A DNA stretch of 64,000 bases from Candidatus Anstonellales archaeon (GTDB lineage: Archaea > Micrarchaeota > Micrarchaeia > Anstonellales > J096): the NCBI GenBank assembly GCA_038896535.1, contig JAWACY010000001.1:346750-410749 (forward strand), in the 5' to 3' direction. Made by a program: the position numbers and the translations under genes. Shown piece by piece: positions 10,445-20,354 of the stretch (the first letter of the stretch is position 1; each line of letters opens with the position of its first letter). The notes under the pieces were generated by a model that was not told where the DNA came from, ran no database searches, and saw only the letters and a list, made by a program, of their open reading frames with translations.

Positions 10445-11020
10445 ATGGCAAACGAAAATGAGGGTGAAGGAATTATTAATGAGAATGAATATAGCAGATT
10501 AAAATTTGGCGCCGAATTTGATGAATTAAAAAACGAGCTAATTGGAAAGCTAGAGGGCCTTAAAAAAGAAATAGAAAACAAAGAAGAAGAAAAAGGAGAT
10601 GGTAGGGCGGATATTATAGCATATTTAAATTCAATAAAAGATGGAGTTTATAGAGTTACGCTTGATCTTGATAAAGATAAACTACACGAAGATCAAGAAG
10701 AGAAAGCAAAACTGGAACTTTTTATTTTATTAAATGAGGCACTTGATGAATTAAAGGCAGAATTAAATGAACAAAATGTTTTTAGCAAAGAAGCATTAGA
10801 AAAAAAGGTTGGGGAAAAATTAAATGAAAGACAAGAAAGTGAAGTTAAAGGGCATTTAGAAAAAATGCTTAAAGAAATTGGTTTGATAAAAGGACAGGAA
10901 GAGAATTTAGTTAAAACAAATATGCCATCTCTTAGTAATGGAGGAAATCAGTCACTTAATGCTGAAGGAGAGGGAATAAATAATATGCTGGCAGTGCAGG
11001 GAATGATGAACAATATATAG
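10445..11020 (+). CDS. hypothetical acidic protein, possibly frameshifted (may continue to 11202)
   Basis: 191-aa ORF; a -1 frame is open from 10984 to 11202 (see findings). Confidence 0.6.
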   Translation: MANENEGEGIINENEYSRLKFGAEFDELKNELIGKLEGLKKEIENKEEEKGDGRADIIAYLNSIKDGVYRVTLDLDKDKLHEDQEEKAKLELFILLNEALDELKAELNEQNVFSKEALEKKVGEKLNERQESEVKGHLEKMLKEIGLIKGQEENLVKTNMPSLSNGGNQSLNAEGEGINNMLAVQGMMNNI

Positions 11021-11201
11021 ATATAAATGCATTAGCTGTTGCCTTTGCTGATTTGCTTGTTGCAAAAGAGAGAATGATAAGAAGTAAGCATGATAAACAT
11101 GTTATACAAAGTTCTGGCCAAATAATTAATAAGGTAAAATCTGCTTTGGCCAGTATGGAAGATGAAAAGAAAAAGGGTTTTTCAATTATGTTAGGTTATT
11201 A

Positions 11202-12077
11202 ATGGCAGAAAAAAGAGAAGATGATAGTAGGAGAATATACAGGTTTTCAAGAGCATTAAGAAAGTATAGATGGCTTTTGCCAATATTCACTATTTCAACA
11301 ACATTGGCCGCAACAACATTTCTAGTCAGTGGTTGCATTGTTGCTGGCATTTCATTATATAGCTTATCAGCAGTAGCAAGGGGCATATCATCTTATGTAT
11401 CAACAAATGCATTATTAACAGCAACTCAAAGGCTTTATGCAACAAAGTTAAAGAGAAATAAAGAAAAAAGGATAGCAGCATGCCTTATATTTGATCATGA
11501 AAAAGCATTGAATAAGGCATTAGATGCATTAAATGAAGGCATAGGAGATAATACAGTGGAAAATATGGTTGAATATGCAGAAAATTACAGAAAATCAAAG
11601 TTTGCAAAACACATATTCTCAGCTCTTGTCGGCATTTCATTGGCATATGCTGGTTTAGCAAAAGCAACATGCTATGTTGATTCATTATCAAGCAAAATAG
11701 CAAGCATATCAACATTAAAAGAACAGCCAATAACAGCAATAAAAGAGGGGGCAAATGCAATAACAGATGATAGCATTTTTATAGCAAAGAAAGGAGAGGG
11801 CATATGGCATATATCAAGAAGAGCATTAGAATACCATTACGGAGAAGCATTTAAAGCATTGACTGAAAAAGAGAAAATAATGCTGATTGATAGGCTTAAA
11901 GATAAAATAATAGAAAACAAAGCACTATTTGGCTTGGAAGGGCATGAAGTAATAAATAGGAGTATAGAAAAAGGTGGGCCTTGGTTAAAGTTGGGTGCAA
12001 AAATAGATAATTTAACAGATAAAGAGCTAATAAATAAGGCAATTGGAAAATATGCGCATCTATTAGCAAGGAGATAA
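11202..12077 (+). CDS. hypothetical membrane protein with possible LysM-like C-terminal domain
   Basis: Hydrophobic segments plus AKKGEGIWHISRR...WLKLGAKI, similar to the LysM pattern. Confidence 0.55.
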   Translation: MAEKREDDSRRIYRFSRALRKYRWLLPIFTISTTLAATTFLVSGCIVAGISLYSLSAVARGISSYVSTNALLTATQRLYATKLKRNKEKRIAACLIFDHEKALNKALDALNEGIGDNTVENMVEYAENYRKSKFAKHIFSALVGISLAYAGLAKATCYVDSLSSKIASISTLKEQPITAIKEGANAITDDSIFIAKKGEGIWHISRRALEYHYGEAFKALTEKEKIMLIDRLKDKIIENKALFGLEGHEVINRSIEKGGPWLKLGAKIDNLTDKELINKAIGKYAHLLARR

Positions 12078-12125
12078 AAGGCTAAAAATAGGCAAAGTAT
12101 TAAATAATTAATGTTATTATTTTTT

Positions 12126-12956
12126 ATGCTCTTATTTGGAACAGCAGGCATTCCTTTATCTAGCGAAGGAAATGATACTGTAGCAGGGATAAAAAGGGTA
12201 AAGGAGCTTGGCTTGGGTGCAATGGAGCTGGAATTTGTAAGGAGCGTTTATGTAAAAAGTAATGAAGAAGCAGAGAGAATAAAACAGGAAGCAAAAAAGC
12301 AAAGCATAAGATTAAGCGTTCATGCTCCATACTTCATAAATCTCAATGCTTCAGAAAAAGCTAAATTAGAAGCAAGTAAAAAACGCATTTTAGATAGTGC
12401 AAAAGCAGCCTATTTATGCGGGGCAAATGATATAGCAATTCATTCTGGTTTTTATTTAGGGAATGAAAAATCAGCTGTTTATGAAAAAATAAAGCAGGCT
12501 TATAAAGATATAAGGAAGAAAATGAGAGAAATGGGCATAGATAGCATAATACTCAGGCCAGAAATGATGGGCAAACCAACCCAATTTGCTGATATTGATA
12601 CAATAATAAGGTTATGTAATGATGTTGAAGGATTATTGCCATGTATTGATTACGCCCATTATCAAGCGCTTTATGGAGAAAAAGTAAATAACTATGATGG
12701 CTTTTGTGCATTACTTGATAAAATTAAGGATGGCCTTGGAAAGCAGGCATTAAAAAATATGCATATCCAGTTTTCCGCTGTTGAATATACAGATAAAGGA
12801 GAGAGAAACCACACTACATTTGATGAAGGAACGCTTAGATGGAAAGATATGGTAAAGACATGGAAGCATTATAAAATAGAAGGAATAGCAATAAGTGAAA
12901 GTCCAAATATAGAGGGAGATGCAATAAAAGCGATGTCAGAATATAAAAAGGCATGA
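12126..12956 (+). CDS. nfo: endonuclease IV / AP endonuclease family 2 (TIM barrel)
   Basis: FGTAG.P, SVHAPYFINL, HSGFY, RPEMMGK..QF, PCIDYAH, ISESP. Confidence 0.88.
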   Translation: MLLFGTAGIPLSSEGNDTVAGIKRVKELGLGAMELEFVRSVYVKSNEEAERIKQEAKKQSIRLSVHAPYFINLNASEKAKLEASKKRILDSAKAAYLCGANDIAIHSGFYLGNEKSAVYEKIKQAYKDIRKKMREMGIDSIILRPEMMGKPTQFADIDTIIRLCNDVEGLLPCIDYAHYQALYGEKVNNYDGFCALLDKIKDGLGKQALKNMHIQFSAVEYTDKGERNHTTFDEGTLRWKDMVKTWKHYKIEGIAISESPNIEGDAIKAMSEYKKA

Positions 12957-13083
12957 AAATGTCAAAAACAGAATATAAATAGAAAATTTGCCTGCACTTG
13001 CTATTGCTTTTTATTCCTGCTTTATAACCACAAAATAACCACAAAATATTTAAATACTTTAAAACAATATTTAGCGTGGGAGG

Positions 13084-13884
13084 ATGGAGAGGCGAATAGT
13101 GGTTGTAAAACCCCATGAAAATGAAAAAGAAGCTATAAGGCCATTTGAACTGCCCCTTTTAAAAGAGCTTAGAAAAGCTGGTTTTGATTGTATTAGAGCG
13201 AGAACAAGAAGCAGGTTTAAATTCTATACAAAAGCAAAGCAAGCTGTCGAGCAAAGATTTGCTAAAGAGAACAGGTTTTATTTAAACAGAATCCTTGAGT
13301 TTGTTTTTTCTTCTTTGGATTTTATGTCAAGGATGAGAAGAGCTTTGAAATTGAAAGAACATTATGGAATTTTAGAACTGCATTCATACAGGGCCAAAAG
13401 AGAAGATAATATAATGATATTTGGTAAGGAAGATTTAACAAATGCCATTGAAGATGCCATAACATCTTTTACAGAGATGGCACAAGCTATGTGCTCAGGA
13501 AAAGGCATTAAGGTCAAAAACCTTTTTGGCATATCAGGGCTGGAATTTGAGGAAACAGAAAGAGTTGAAAGTGAATTCATTTCAAATGTTTGCTCAGTTG
13601 CTTGTGGAAAGAACATAGAAGCGCTGTTAAAAGAACTTAGAACTTTACTAGATAGGTTTAAACTAGATAATCATAGCTTTAATATGATTGAATTTCCTGG
13701 AGTAATTGATGTAAAAGAGAGCTTGAAGAATGAGGGCATTGTATTTAATGGCTTTTCATCAAGGTTTGAGTATCTATATTTATGGTTAAAGTTAAAACAG
13801 ATAGACGCAGAAAATTATGATATTGAAGAAGCTGCAAGGTTGGTTGCTTCTTTATATAAAAATAGACATTATTATGTTTCATAG
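13084..13884 (+). CDS. hypothetical protein
   Basis: 266-aa ORF with GGAGG upstream; PHENE and ELHSY motifs, no confident family. Confidence 0.65.
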   Translation: MERRIVVVKPHENEKEAIRPFELPLLKELRKAGFDCIRARTRSRFKFYTKAKQAVEQRFAKENRFYLNRILEFVFSSLDFMSRMRRALKLKEHYGILELHSYRAKREDNIMIFGKEDLTNAIEDAITSFTEMAQAMCSGKGIKVKNLFGISGLEFEETERVESEFISNVCSVACGKNIEALLKELRTLLDRFKLDNHSFNMIEFPGVIDVKESLKNEGIVFNGFSSRFEYLYLWLKLKQIDAENYDIEEAARLVASLYKNRHYYVS

Positions 13885-13902
13885 CTATTTCTTTAAAAAA
13901 AG

Positions 13903-13918
13903 CAAAGGTTTTTAAATA
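13903..13918 (+). promoter_or_regulatory. archaeal BRE-TATA promoter, probably leaderless transcript
   Basis: AAAGGTTTTTAAATA about 20-25 nt upstream of the ATG at 13939; similar motifs at ~1342 and ~53470. Confidence 0.6.
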
Positions 13919-13938
13919 CATAAAATATCTTTTTAATT

Positions 13939-14907
13939 ATGGCCCGTTGCTGTAATTCAGTAAGTGTTTTGTCTTTGAATATTAACACAGGTCATGGGCC
14001 ATTCAAATCTTTTCATGAGAGATTAGAAAGAAAAGAGCTGGAAGAGAATTTAGATAAAATAGCATCTTTTTTGAGAAAGGCAAAACCAGAAGTTGTTTGC
14101 TTGCAGGAAGTTGATCTATGCTGGGATGGAACGCATTGCATAAATCAAGCATCTTATATAGCAGAAAAAGCTGGCTATAATTATTATGTCTACCATATTT
14201 TTCATAAGAAAATTGGCGTTCCATCATTTATAAATAGCCCAACAATAAGTTCTATATTTAATAGAGACACTGGAATGGCCATATTAAGCATTTATCCTAT
14301 TACTGCTCATGGCTATTACAAGTTTGGTTCAAGTAAAAACAAGGCAGTTGATTGGTTGAAAAATATTATGAATGAAGCAAAAGGTTATATGTGGGCGGAT
14401 ATTGATAAGCAAGGGGTAATTTATACAGTTATAAATCTGCATTTAATAAATGATATAGTTGGCACTGTTATTGGCTTTTTAACTGGCAAATTCATATATA
14501 AAGGCGGGAAAATAAGGGAGAAGCAATTGACAACATTGTTAAGGCATTTAGATGAATTCTTTGGCAAGAAAAATGTAATTATAGCTGGCGATTTTAATTC
14601 TGTTCCTGAATCTTTGCAAGGTTGTTTTAGCAATAATATACATGGCTTAGAGGAAGATGATTATAGAGGGGACAGCACGTTAGAAATATTAAAATCCTAT
14701 GCTGAAAGGACAAAAAGATTTTTGCTTTTGCCATTTATTTCATGCAGGAAGATTGATGAAGCAAGAGATTATTTTACTTATCCAGCAATTAAGCCACAAA
14801 GGCCAATAGATTATATATTCCCCCCTTATGCAAAATCTTATTGTGTATTAAAAGAGCTATTGTCTGATCACTTACCAGTATTTAGCGAGGCAGAGGTTTT
14901 GTCATGA
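13939..14907 (+). CDS. endonuclease/exonuclease/phosphatase (EEP) family protein
   Basis: SLNI, CLQEVD, G.AILS.YPI, NLHL, IIAGDFN, IDYIF, SDHLPV. Confidence 0.92.
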   Translation: MARCCNSVSVLSLNINTGHGPFKSFHERLERKELEENLDKIASFLRKAKPEVVCLQEVDLCWDGTHCINQASYIAEKAGYNYYVYHIFHKKIGVPSFINSPTISSIFNRDTGMAILSIYPITAHGYYKFGSSKNKAVDWLKNIMNEAKGYMWADIDKQGVIYTVINLHLINDIVGTVIGFLTGKFIYKGGKIREKQLTTLLRHLDEFFGKKNVIIAGDFNSVPESLQGCFSNNIHGLEEDDYRGDSTLEILKSYAERTKRFLLLPFISCRKIDEARDYFTYPAIKPQRPIDYIFPPYAKSYCVLKELLSDHLPVFSEAEVLS

Positions 14908-15221
14908 AAAATGAAATAGATTTTTGGAAAATAAGATTGCCAGCCATAATTGGAAGAGTTCAAAAATCAAAGGAGAAGACAAGGCAGAAATGGATAAGCA
15001 ATACTTCAAGACACGTTGAAAGACTTTTGAAAGCAGAGACAACAATAAGTGCTAGATTAGATGATATAACAGATGAAAGGGAGAAAGAGAGGTTAAGAAA
15101 AGAATCAGAAATATTAAGGCAAAAAATAAATCGTATAATAACGCATTTTCGTCAAATATGGCGTTTTTGGGAATGCTTGGAGGCCTTCAATGAAGAAAAT
15201 GGCAAGAATTGGTTTAACTAA
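14904..15221 (+). CDS. hypothetical basic helical protein
   Basis: 105-aa ORF, ATGA-coupled to the EEP gene. Confidence 0.55.
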   Translation: MKNEIDFWKIRLPAIIGRVQKSKEKTRQKWISNTSRHVERLLKAETTISARLDDITDEREKERLRKESEILRQKINRIITHFRQIWRFWECLEAFNEENGKNWFN

Positions 15222-15501
15222 GCATAGCAAAGAAAAGCAAGAAAAAATCAATAAACTTAAAGGCATAACAAAGACAAGTAAGGGAAAAATAGAGCAGCGC
15301 CTTTATTTATCAGAAGGAGATTTTATTATTTATGGTTACAGGGATTTAGATGGAAAAATGATAGAGGGAAAATACAGCATAATATTGAAGCACAAAAATA
15401 ATAAGATAGAGCAAATAATGATAGTTAAAACAAAAAATGGCAGAGAATTAATAGTAAAGCATGAGAATATTGATAAAATTCCTGATATTGCATATGACTA
15501 A
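15190..15501 (+). CDS. hypothetical protein, weak RelE/DUF4258-like resemblance
   Basis: IGLTKHSKEK N-terminus followed by beta strands. Confidence 0.5.
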   Translation: MKKMARIGLTKHSKEKQEKINKLKGITKTSKGKIEQRLYLSEGDFIIYGYRDLDGKMIEGKYSIILKHKNNKIEQIMIVKTKNGRELIVKHENIDKIPDIAYD

Positions 15502-15539
15502 TATTATAAAAGATTTTTCTTAATAATCTAATTTATTTA

Positions 15540-15625
15540 GCAGGGGTCGCCAAGTCTGGTCAAAGGCGCAGGGCTTAGGACCCTGTCCCTTAGTGGGTTC
15601 GTGGGTTCAAATCCCACCCCCTGCA
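15540..15625 (+). tRNA. tRNA-Leu(UAG)
   Basis: GCAGGGG/CCCCTGC acceptor stem, CAGGG-CTTAGGA-CCCTG anticodon arm, long variable arm, GTTCAAATC T-loop; CCA not encoded. Confidence 0.97.
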
Positions 15626-15630
15626 TAGTA

Positions 15631-15770
15631 AGAAGGCAATGCCCTTATATATGCGCCTTCTTACAAACATCCCACCGCTATTATACGCTTGTTGAAGAAG
15701 GCAATGCCCTTATAAACATGCCTTCTTACAATCTTCCAACCCTTATTATAAACTTGTTGGGGAAGGCACT
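15631..15770. repeat. 65-bp imperfect tandem repeat (two units plus the start of a third) with internal inverted repeats
   Basis: Units start at 15631, 15696 and 15761; units 1 and 2 match at 53/65 positions; AGAAGGC...GCCTTCT hairpin in each. Confidence 0.85.
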
Positions 15771-15950
15771 AAATTATTATTGGCTTGTGGAAGGTGGCGA
15801 GTTGGCTAAGAAATCCATTCTTATAATATCTGACATTTTTATCTTCTCCTTATATAATAAAGTCTGAGTTGGAAGGTAAAAGAATATGGAAGTTGGTTGT
15901 GGTAAGTCGGTTGATTAAATTATTGGCAGTTGATAAAGATTAAAGAAAGC

Positions 15951-16940
15951 TTATAAAACATCTATACTTGTTATGTTTTCATCTTTTTTTCCGCCTGTGC
16001 CTAATATTGATGGAGATTTAACCCCAACAATAACTGCAGTTACATAAATTTTGTCTTTCATATTATCATTTATTCTTGCCCCAAGTTTTACATTTGCATC
16101 TTCTCTTAATGATTCTGTTATGCCCTCCCCTATTTTAACAGCCTCGCCAAGCGTTAAATCCTCTCCTCCTTCTATGTGTATAAGGGCCCCATGTGCATCT
16201 TCATAATCAACTTCAAGCAATGGATGGTAGAGTGTATTTTTTACTGCATCCTCTACCCTGTTTGGCCCTTCTCCTTCTCCTAATGAAATCATTGCAAGTC
16301 CTCCTTTTCCTTGCACAATAGCCCTTAAATCAGCATAATCCATAGGAATTAATGATGGTAAAACAATGCTGTCAGATATGCCTTTTACTGCCCGATTCAT
16401 AACATTGTCAGCAAGTTCAAAAGCTTTATCAACTGGTAAATTTGGAGCATATGAAAGGAGCTTATTATTGTCTATTACTATAAGTGTATCACATACTTTT
16501 GACATCCTTTCTATGCCTTTTAAAGCATTTGCAATCCTTGACCTCTCAAGTTTGAATGGATATGTAACAACACCTATTGTTATTGCCCCAATGTCCTTTG
16601 CTGCTTGTGCAACAATAGGGGCCGCGCCAGTGCCAGTTCCTCCTCCCATGCCAGCAGAAATAAAAACTAGCTCGTTCTCAGATAGGGTATTTTTTATTTC
16701 TTCATAACTTGTTTGAGCGCATTTCTCTGCAATTTCAGGATTTCCGCCAGCCCCAAGGCCCCTAGTAAATTCTTTCCCTATAAGTAATTTTTTGTGTGCA
16801 TGTGTAACTTTTGTTAAATGCAATGCGTCTGTATTTAAAGCAATTGTTACTGCACTTTTTATGCCTGATTTATAAAGCCTTGTTATTGCATTGCATCCAG
16901 CTCCACCAACCCCAACAGCAGCAATTTTTACTTCTCGCAT
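15951..16940 (-). CDS. ftsZ: cell division protein FtsZ (FtsZ2-like paralogue)
   Basis: GVGGAGCN, NTDA.HL, GLGAGG, GMGGGTGTG, IDNNKL, DYADL. Confidence 0.96.
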   Translation of the reverse strand: MREVKIAAVGVGGAGCNAITRLYKSGIKSAVTIALNTDALHLTKVTHAHKKLLIGKEFTRGLGAGGNPEIAEKCAQTSYEEIKNTLSENELVFISAGMGGGTGTGAAPIVAQAAKDIGAITIGVVTYPFKLERSRIANALKGIERMSKVCDTLIVIDNNKLLSYAPNLPVDKAFELADNVMNRAVKGISDSIVLPSLIPMDYADLRAIVQGKGGLAMISLGEGEGPNRVEDAVKNTLYHPLLEVDYEDAHGALIHIEGGEDLTLGEAVKIGEGITESLREDANVKLGARINDNMKDKIYVTAVIVGVKSPSILGTGGKKDENITSIDVL

Positions 16941-16988
16941 GATATATATTATAGTAATAATTTAATAAATTTATGCCTTATTATTTTC

Positions 16989-19397
16989 ATGGCTATTGAA
17001 ACGCAAGAAAATGAAAGAAATGGAGATAAATCAATGGGCAATTATAATAGAGAAATAGAATTAAAATGGCTTGAAGTTTGGGAAAAAGAACAAATATATA
17101 AATTTGAAGAAAATAACGATAATGTTTATGTAATAGATTCCCCACCACCATTTACTTCTGGCAAATTGCACATGGGCCATATGCTATCATTTACAATGTT
17201 TGACATAGCTGCAAGATATAAAAGGATGAAAGGATATAATGTTTTATATGCTCAAGGCTGGGATACACAAGGTTTTCCTACAGAAGTTAAAGTCGAGGCC
17301 AAGTATGGAAAACTTCCAAGGGAGGAATTTATTAAAAGATGTATTGAATGGACAGATGAGCACATTGCTTATATGAGATGGCAAGCAAAGAGGTTTGGCT
17401 TTTCTGCTGATTGGGATAGGGAATATATAACATATAAACCAGATTACCATAAAAAAATACAGCTTTCATTGATAATGATGTATAAGAACGGCCTTATATA
17501 TAGAGAGGAGCATCCTGTATTTTTTTGCACTAATTGCGTATCTGCCATTGCAAAAGCAGAAACTGAAGATAAGGAGAGGGAGGCAAAGATTTATGATGTT
17601 GTGTTTGAACTTGATGGGAAGCCATTTATAATAGCAACAACAAGGCCAGAGCTTATTCATGCTGTTGTTGCAATAGCAGTTAATCCAAATGACGAGAGAT
17701 ATAGAAATCTTGAAGGAAAATATGTTATAACACCAATAGGAAAAAAAGTGCCTTTAATATATGATAATGATGTTGATATGGATTTTGGCACTGGGGCTGT
17801 TATGATAGCAACATTTGGCGATAAGCAGGATGTTATATGGTTTTATAGGCATAAATTGAATTATATAAAAGCGATGGATGAAAACGGCTTTATAATAAAT
17901 TCAGGCGTAATAGATGGCATACACATATCTGAGGCAAAAAAAAGCATGGTGGAGTGGCTCAAACAAAAAAATCTCATTGTTGGAGAAAGGGCATTAAAAC
18001 AGGTTGTAAAATTGCATGATAGATGCAAGCAGCCAGTCGAGATATTAATGTCAAAACAATGGTTTGCTAAATTAATGGATCATAAAAAAGGAATAGAGAA
18101 AGTAGCAAGAGAAATAAAATGGTATCCTGATTTTGGCATATATTATTTACTTGATTGGCTTAATACACTTGAATGGGATTGGGTAATAAGCAGACAGAGA
18201 TATTGGGGCACGCCTTTGCCATTCTATTATTGTGAATCATGCAATGAAACGCAAGCAGCAGAGGAGCATGAGTTGCCATTTTATCCAGAAAAAGCAAGCA
18301 ATAAAACATGTAAAAAATGCAAAGGCAAAATGATTCCAGAGCAAGCAACAGCAGATGTTTGGATAGACTCAAGCATAACGCCTTTGATAATAGCAGGTTG
18401 GCCTGAAAAAGGATGGGAAAAGCTTTATCCAAGTGATTTAAGGCCGCAGGGCATTGAAATAGTTAGGACATGGGCATTTTACACGGTTTATAGATGCTAT
18501 ATGCTGACTGGAAAGAGGCCTTTTAAAGCAATATTGTTGAATGGCAATGTCTTAGGCCCTGATGGAAGGAAGATGAGCAAAAGCCTTGGCAATGTCATAG
18601 ACCCAATGCAACTTGTTGATCAATACAGCGCAGATGCAGCAAGGCTTTGGGTGGCATTAAGCGGGAATTTAGAAAAGGACAAGCCATTCAATTACCAGCA
18701 AATAAAAAGAGCACATTCTCTTGTTGTGAAATTATGGAATGCAGCAAGATTTATATTAATGCATGCTGATGCTGAAAATATAAAACATATAATGGAAAAA
18801 AACATGAAGCTCGAGCCAATTGATATGGCAATAATTGAAAAACTAAAAATGACGAGCCAAAAAATAAACAATAGCATGGAGTCATTTGATTATTACAATG
18901 CAATAACAGCATTGACTGATTTCTTCTGGCTGGATTTTTGCGATACTTATATAGAGATAGTGAAAAAAAGGCTGAAGGAAAATAAGAATAAAGAAGAAGC
19001 TTTATACACATTGTCTTATGTTTTTCAAAATATAATAAAATTATACGCCCCATTTGCACCTTTTATTACTGAAGAGCTTTATAGAAATGCATTTGCCAAT
19101 GAAGGCAGTATACACAAAAAGCACTACCCATATTTTGATTCATATAATTATGCATATGTGCATTATTTCGATATGATGAAGAAGGCTTTATCAATGATAA
19201 GGAAAAAAACAAAAGAGATACAAGATAAAGGTAAAATAAATTTAGAAATTCATAAAAACAGAGAAAAAAATGAAATTTTGATAATACTAAATGGAGAAGA
19301 AGAGCATATAAGTGTTGATAATGAAATATTAAATGAAATAGAAAAAAATGGATTAATAGAAAAAGCAAAGCACGAATTAAATTATCTAATAAAATAA
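16989..19397 (+). CDS. valS: valine--tRNA ligase (alternative start 17034)
   Basis: PPPFTSGKLHMGH, ATTRPE, FGTGAVM, WVISRQRYWG, KMSKSLGN. Confidence 0.95.
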   Translation: MAIETQENERNGDKSMGNYNREIELKWLEVWEKEQIYKFEENNDNVYVIDSPPPFTSGKLHMGHMLSFTMFDIAARYKRMKGYNVLYAQGWDTQGFPTEVKVEAKYGKLPREEFIKRCIEWTDEHIAYMRWQAKRFGFSADWDREYITYKPDYHKKIQLSLIMMYKNGLIYREEHPVFFCTNCVSAIAKAETEDKEREAKIYDVVFELDGKPFIIATTRPELIHAVVAIAVNPNDERYRNLEGKYVITPIGKKVPLIYDNDVDMDFGTGAVMIATFGDKQDVIWFYRHKLNYIKAMDENGFIINSGVIDGIHISEAKKSMVEWLKQKNLIVGERALKQVVKLHDRCKQPVEILMSKQWFAKLMDHKKGIEKVAREIKWYPDFGIYYLLDWLNTLEWDWVISRQRYWGTPLPFYYCESCNETQAAEEHELPFYPEKASNKTCKKCKGKMIPEQATADVWIDSSITPLIIAGWPEKGWEKLYPSDLRPQGIEIVRTWAFYTVYRCYMLTGKRPFKAILLNGNVLGPDGRKMSKSLGNVIDPMQLVDQYSADAARLWVALSGNLEKDKPFNYQQIKRAHSLVVKLWNAARFILMHADAENIKHIMEKNMKLEPIDMAIIEKLKMTSQKINNSMESFDYYNAITALTDFFWLDFCDTYIEIVKKRLKENKNKEEALYTLSYVFQNIIKLYAPFAPFITEELYRNAFANEGSIHKKHYPYFDSYNYAYVHYFDMMKKALSMIRKKTKEIQDKGKINLEIHKNREKNEILIILNGEEEHISVDNEILNEIEKNGLIEKAKHELNYLIK

Positions 19398-19423
19398 AAA
19401 TCTACTAAAATAAAAATGTAAAA

Positions 19424-19858
19424 TTACCTGCTAAAATAGAATTCTACCAATGTAACATTTTCAGTATCATTTGTAATAAAAAGCCTCTCTATTTTTGCTT
19501 GTCTTATGCCAATAATGCATTCTCCACTATCTGTTTTCCCATAAGATTGCTTGCCTATCTTTACGCATAAATTACCAGTAATGCTGAAATCATTAATGTA
19601 GCTTTCTACACTTTTTTTTATGTCTCTATCATTTTTTAGTATTGGAGTGTTGTTCACCAATATGCTGTAATTTTCATTTTCACTCGTTAATACAAGCATG
19701 TGTTTTATTGCTTCCCTTCTTATGCTTTCTATATTTGATGGGTCTTGTTCAATTGAATACTGCCAGTAAAGTAAAAGAGCACCAAAAGCAAGTATTGCTA
19801 TAACGCCAGCAATAAGGACATCAAAAGAAAAATACTGGCCCTTTTTCATATTTTTCAT
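19424..19858 (-). CDS. class III signal peptide pilin-like protein
   Basis: KKGQ followed by YFSFD and a hydrophobic helix. Confidence 0.8.
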   Translation of the reverse strand: MKNMKKGQYFSFDVLIAGVIAILAFGALLLYWQYSIEQDPSNIESIRREAIKHMLVLTSENENYSILVNNTPILKNDRDIKKSVESYINDFSITGNLCVKIGKQSYGKTDSGECIIGIRQAKIERLFITNDTENVTLVEFYFSR

Positions 19859-19862
19859 GTTA

Positions 19863-20351
19863 TCATTCCCTTAATTCAATCTCATTCATTTTAGTTGTTA
19901 AATTATAAAAAACAGAAACATTGAATGATGTTGCATTAATAATGAATACATTAGTATTTCTACACACATTAATATCACATATGCTACATACATTGCTTTC
20001 GCATCTTACAGGAAATTTCAATTCATTTGCTGTACTTATGTTGTAATCCTCTATTTCTAATATCAGTGTTGCATTTTTATCTTTATTTATTAAATATAAT
20101 TTGTATTCTTTTGTCCCTATCCTTTTTGGCAATGTTATCGAATAAGTAAAGCCATCCCCGACAGAATAAGCAGAATTTAATACAAGCACAAACCTCTGCA
20201 TTATCTCACTTGCTGCATTGTAATAAGAGCTTTTTATTTGTGCATTTCCATATGTATAAATAAGGTTATAGATAAAGAAAAATGCAATCAGGAAAATGCC
20301 CGAGAAAACGAGCATTTCAATAGCTATCTGCCCCTTCATTTGTTCCACCAA
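19863..20351 (-). CDS. class III signal peptide pilin-like protein
   Basis: MKGQIAIEML plus hydrophobic helix; later G.GF...I.LP..IG..EY motif. Confidence 0.85.
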   Translation of the reverse strand: MVEQMKGQIAIEMLVFSGIFLIAFFFIYNLIYTYGNAQIKSSYYNAASEIMQRFVLVLNSAYSVGDGFTYSITLPKRIGTKEYKLYLINKDKNATLILEIEDYNISTANELKFPVRCESNVCSICDINVCRNTNVFIINATSFNVSVFYNLTTKMNEIELRE

Positions 20352-20354
20352 TAA

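Noticed and set aside
15631-15770. Mini-CRISPR array
   Set aside because: The would-be spacers resemble each other, so this is whole-unit duplication. There are only ~2 units and no cas genes in the window.
15601-15867. 88-aa ORF after tRNA-Leu
   Set aside because: Starts inside the tRNA and runs through the tandem repeat.
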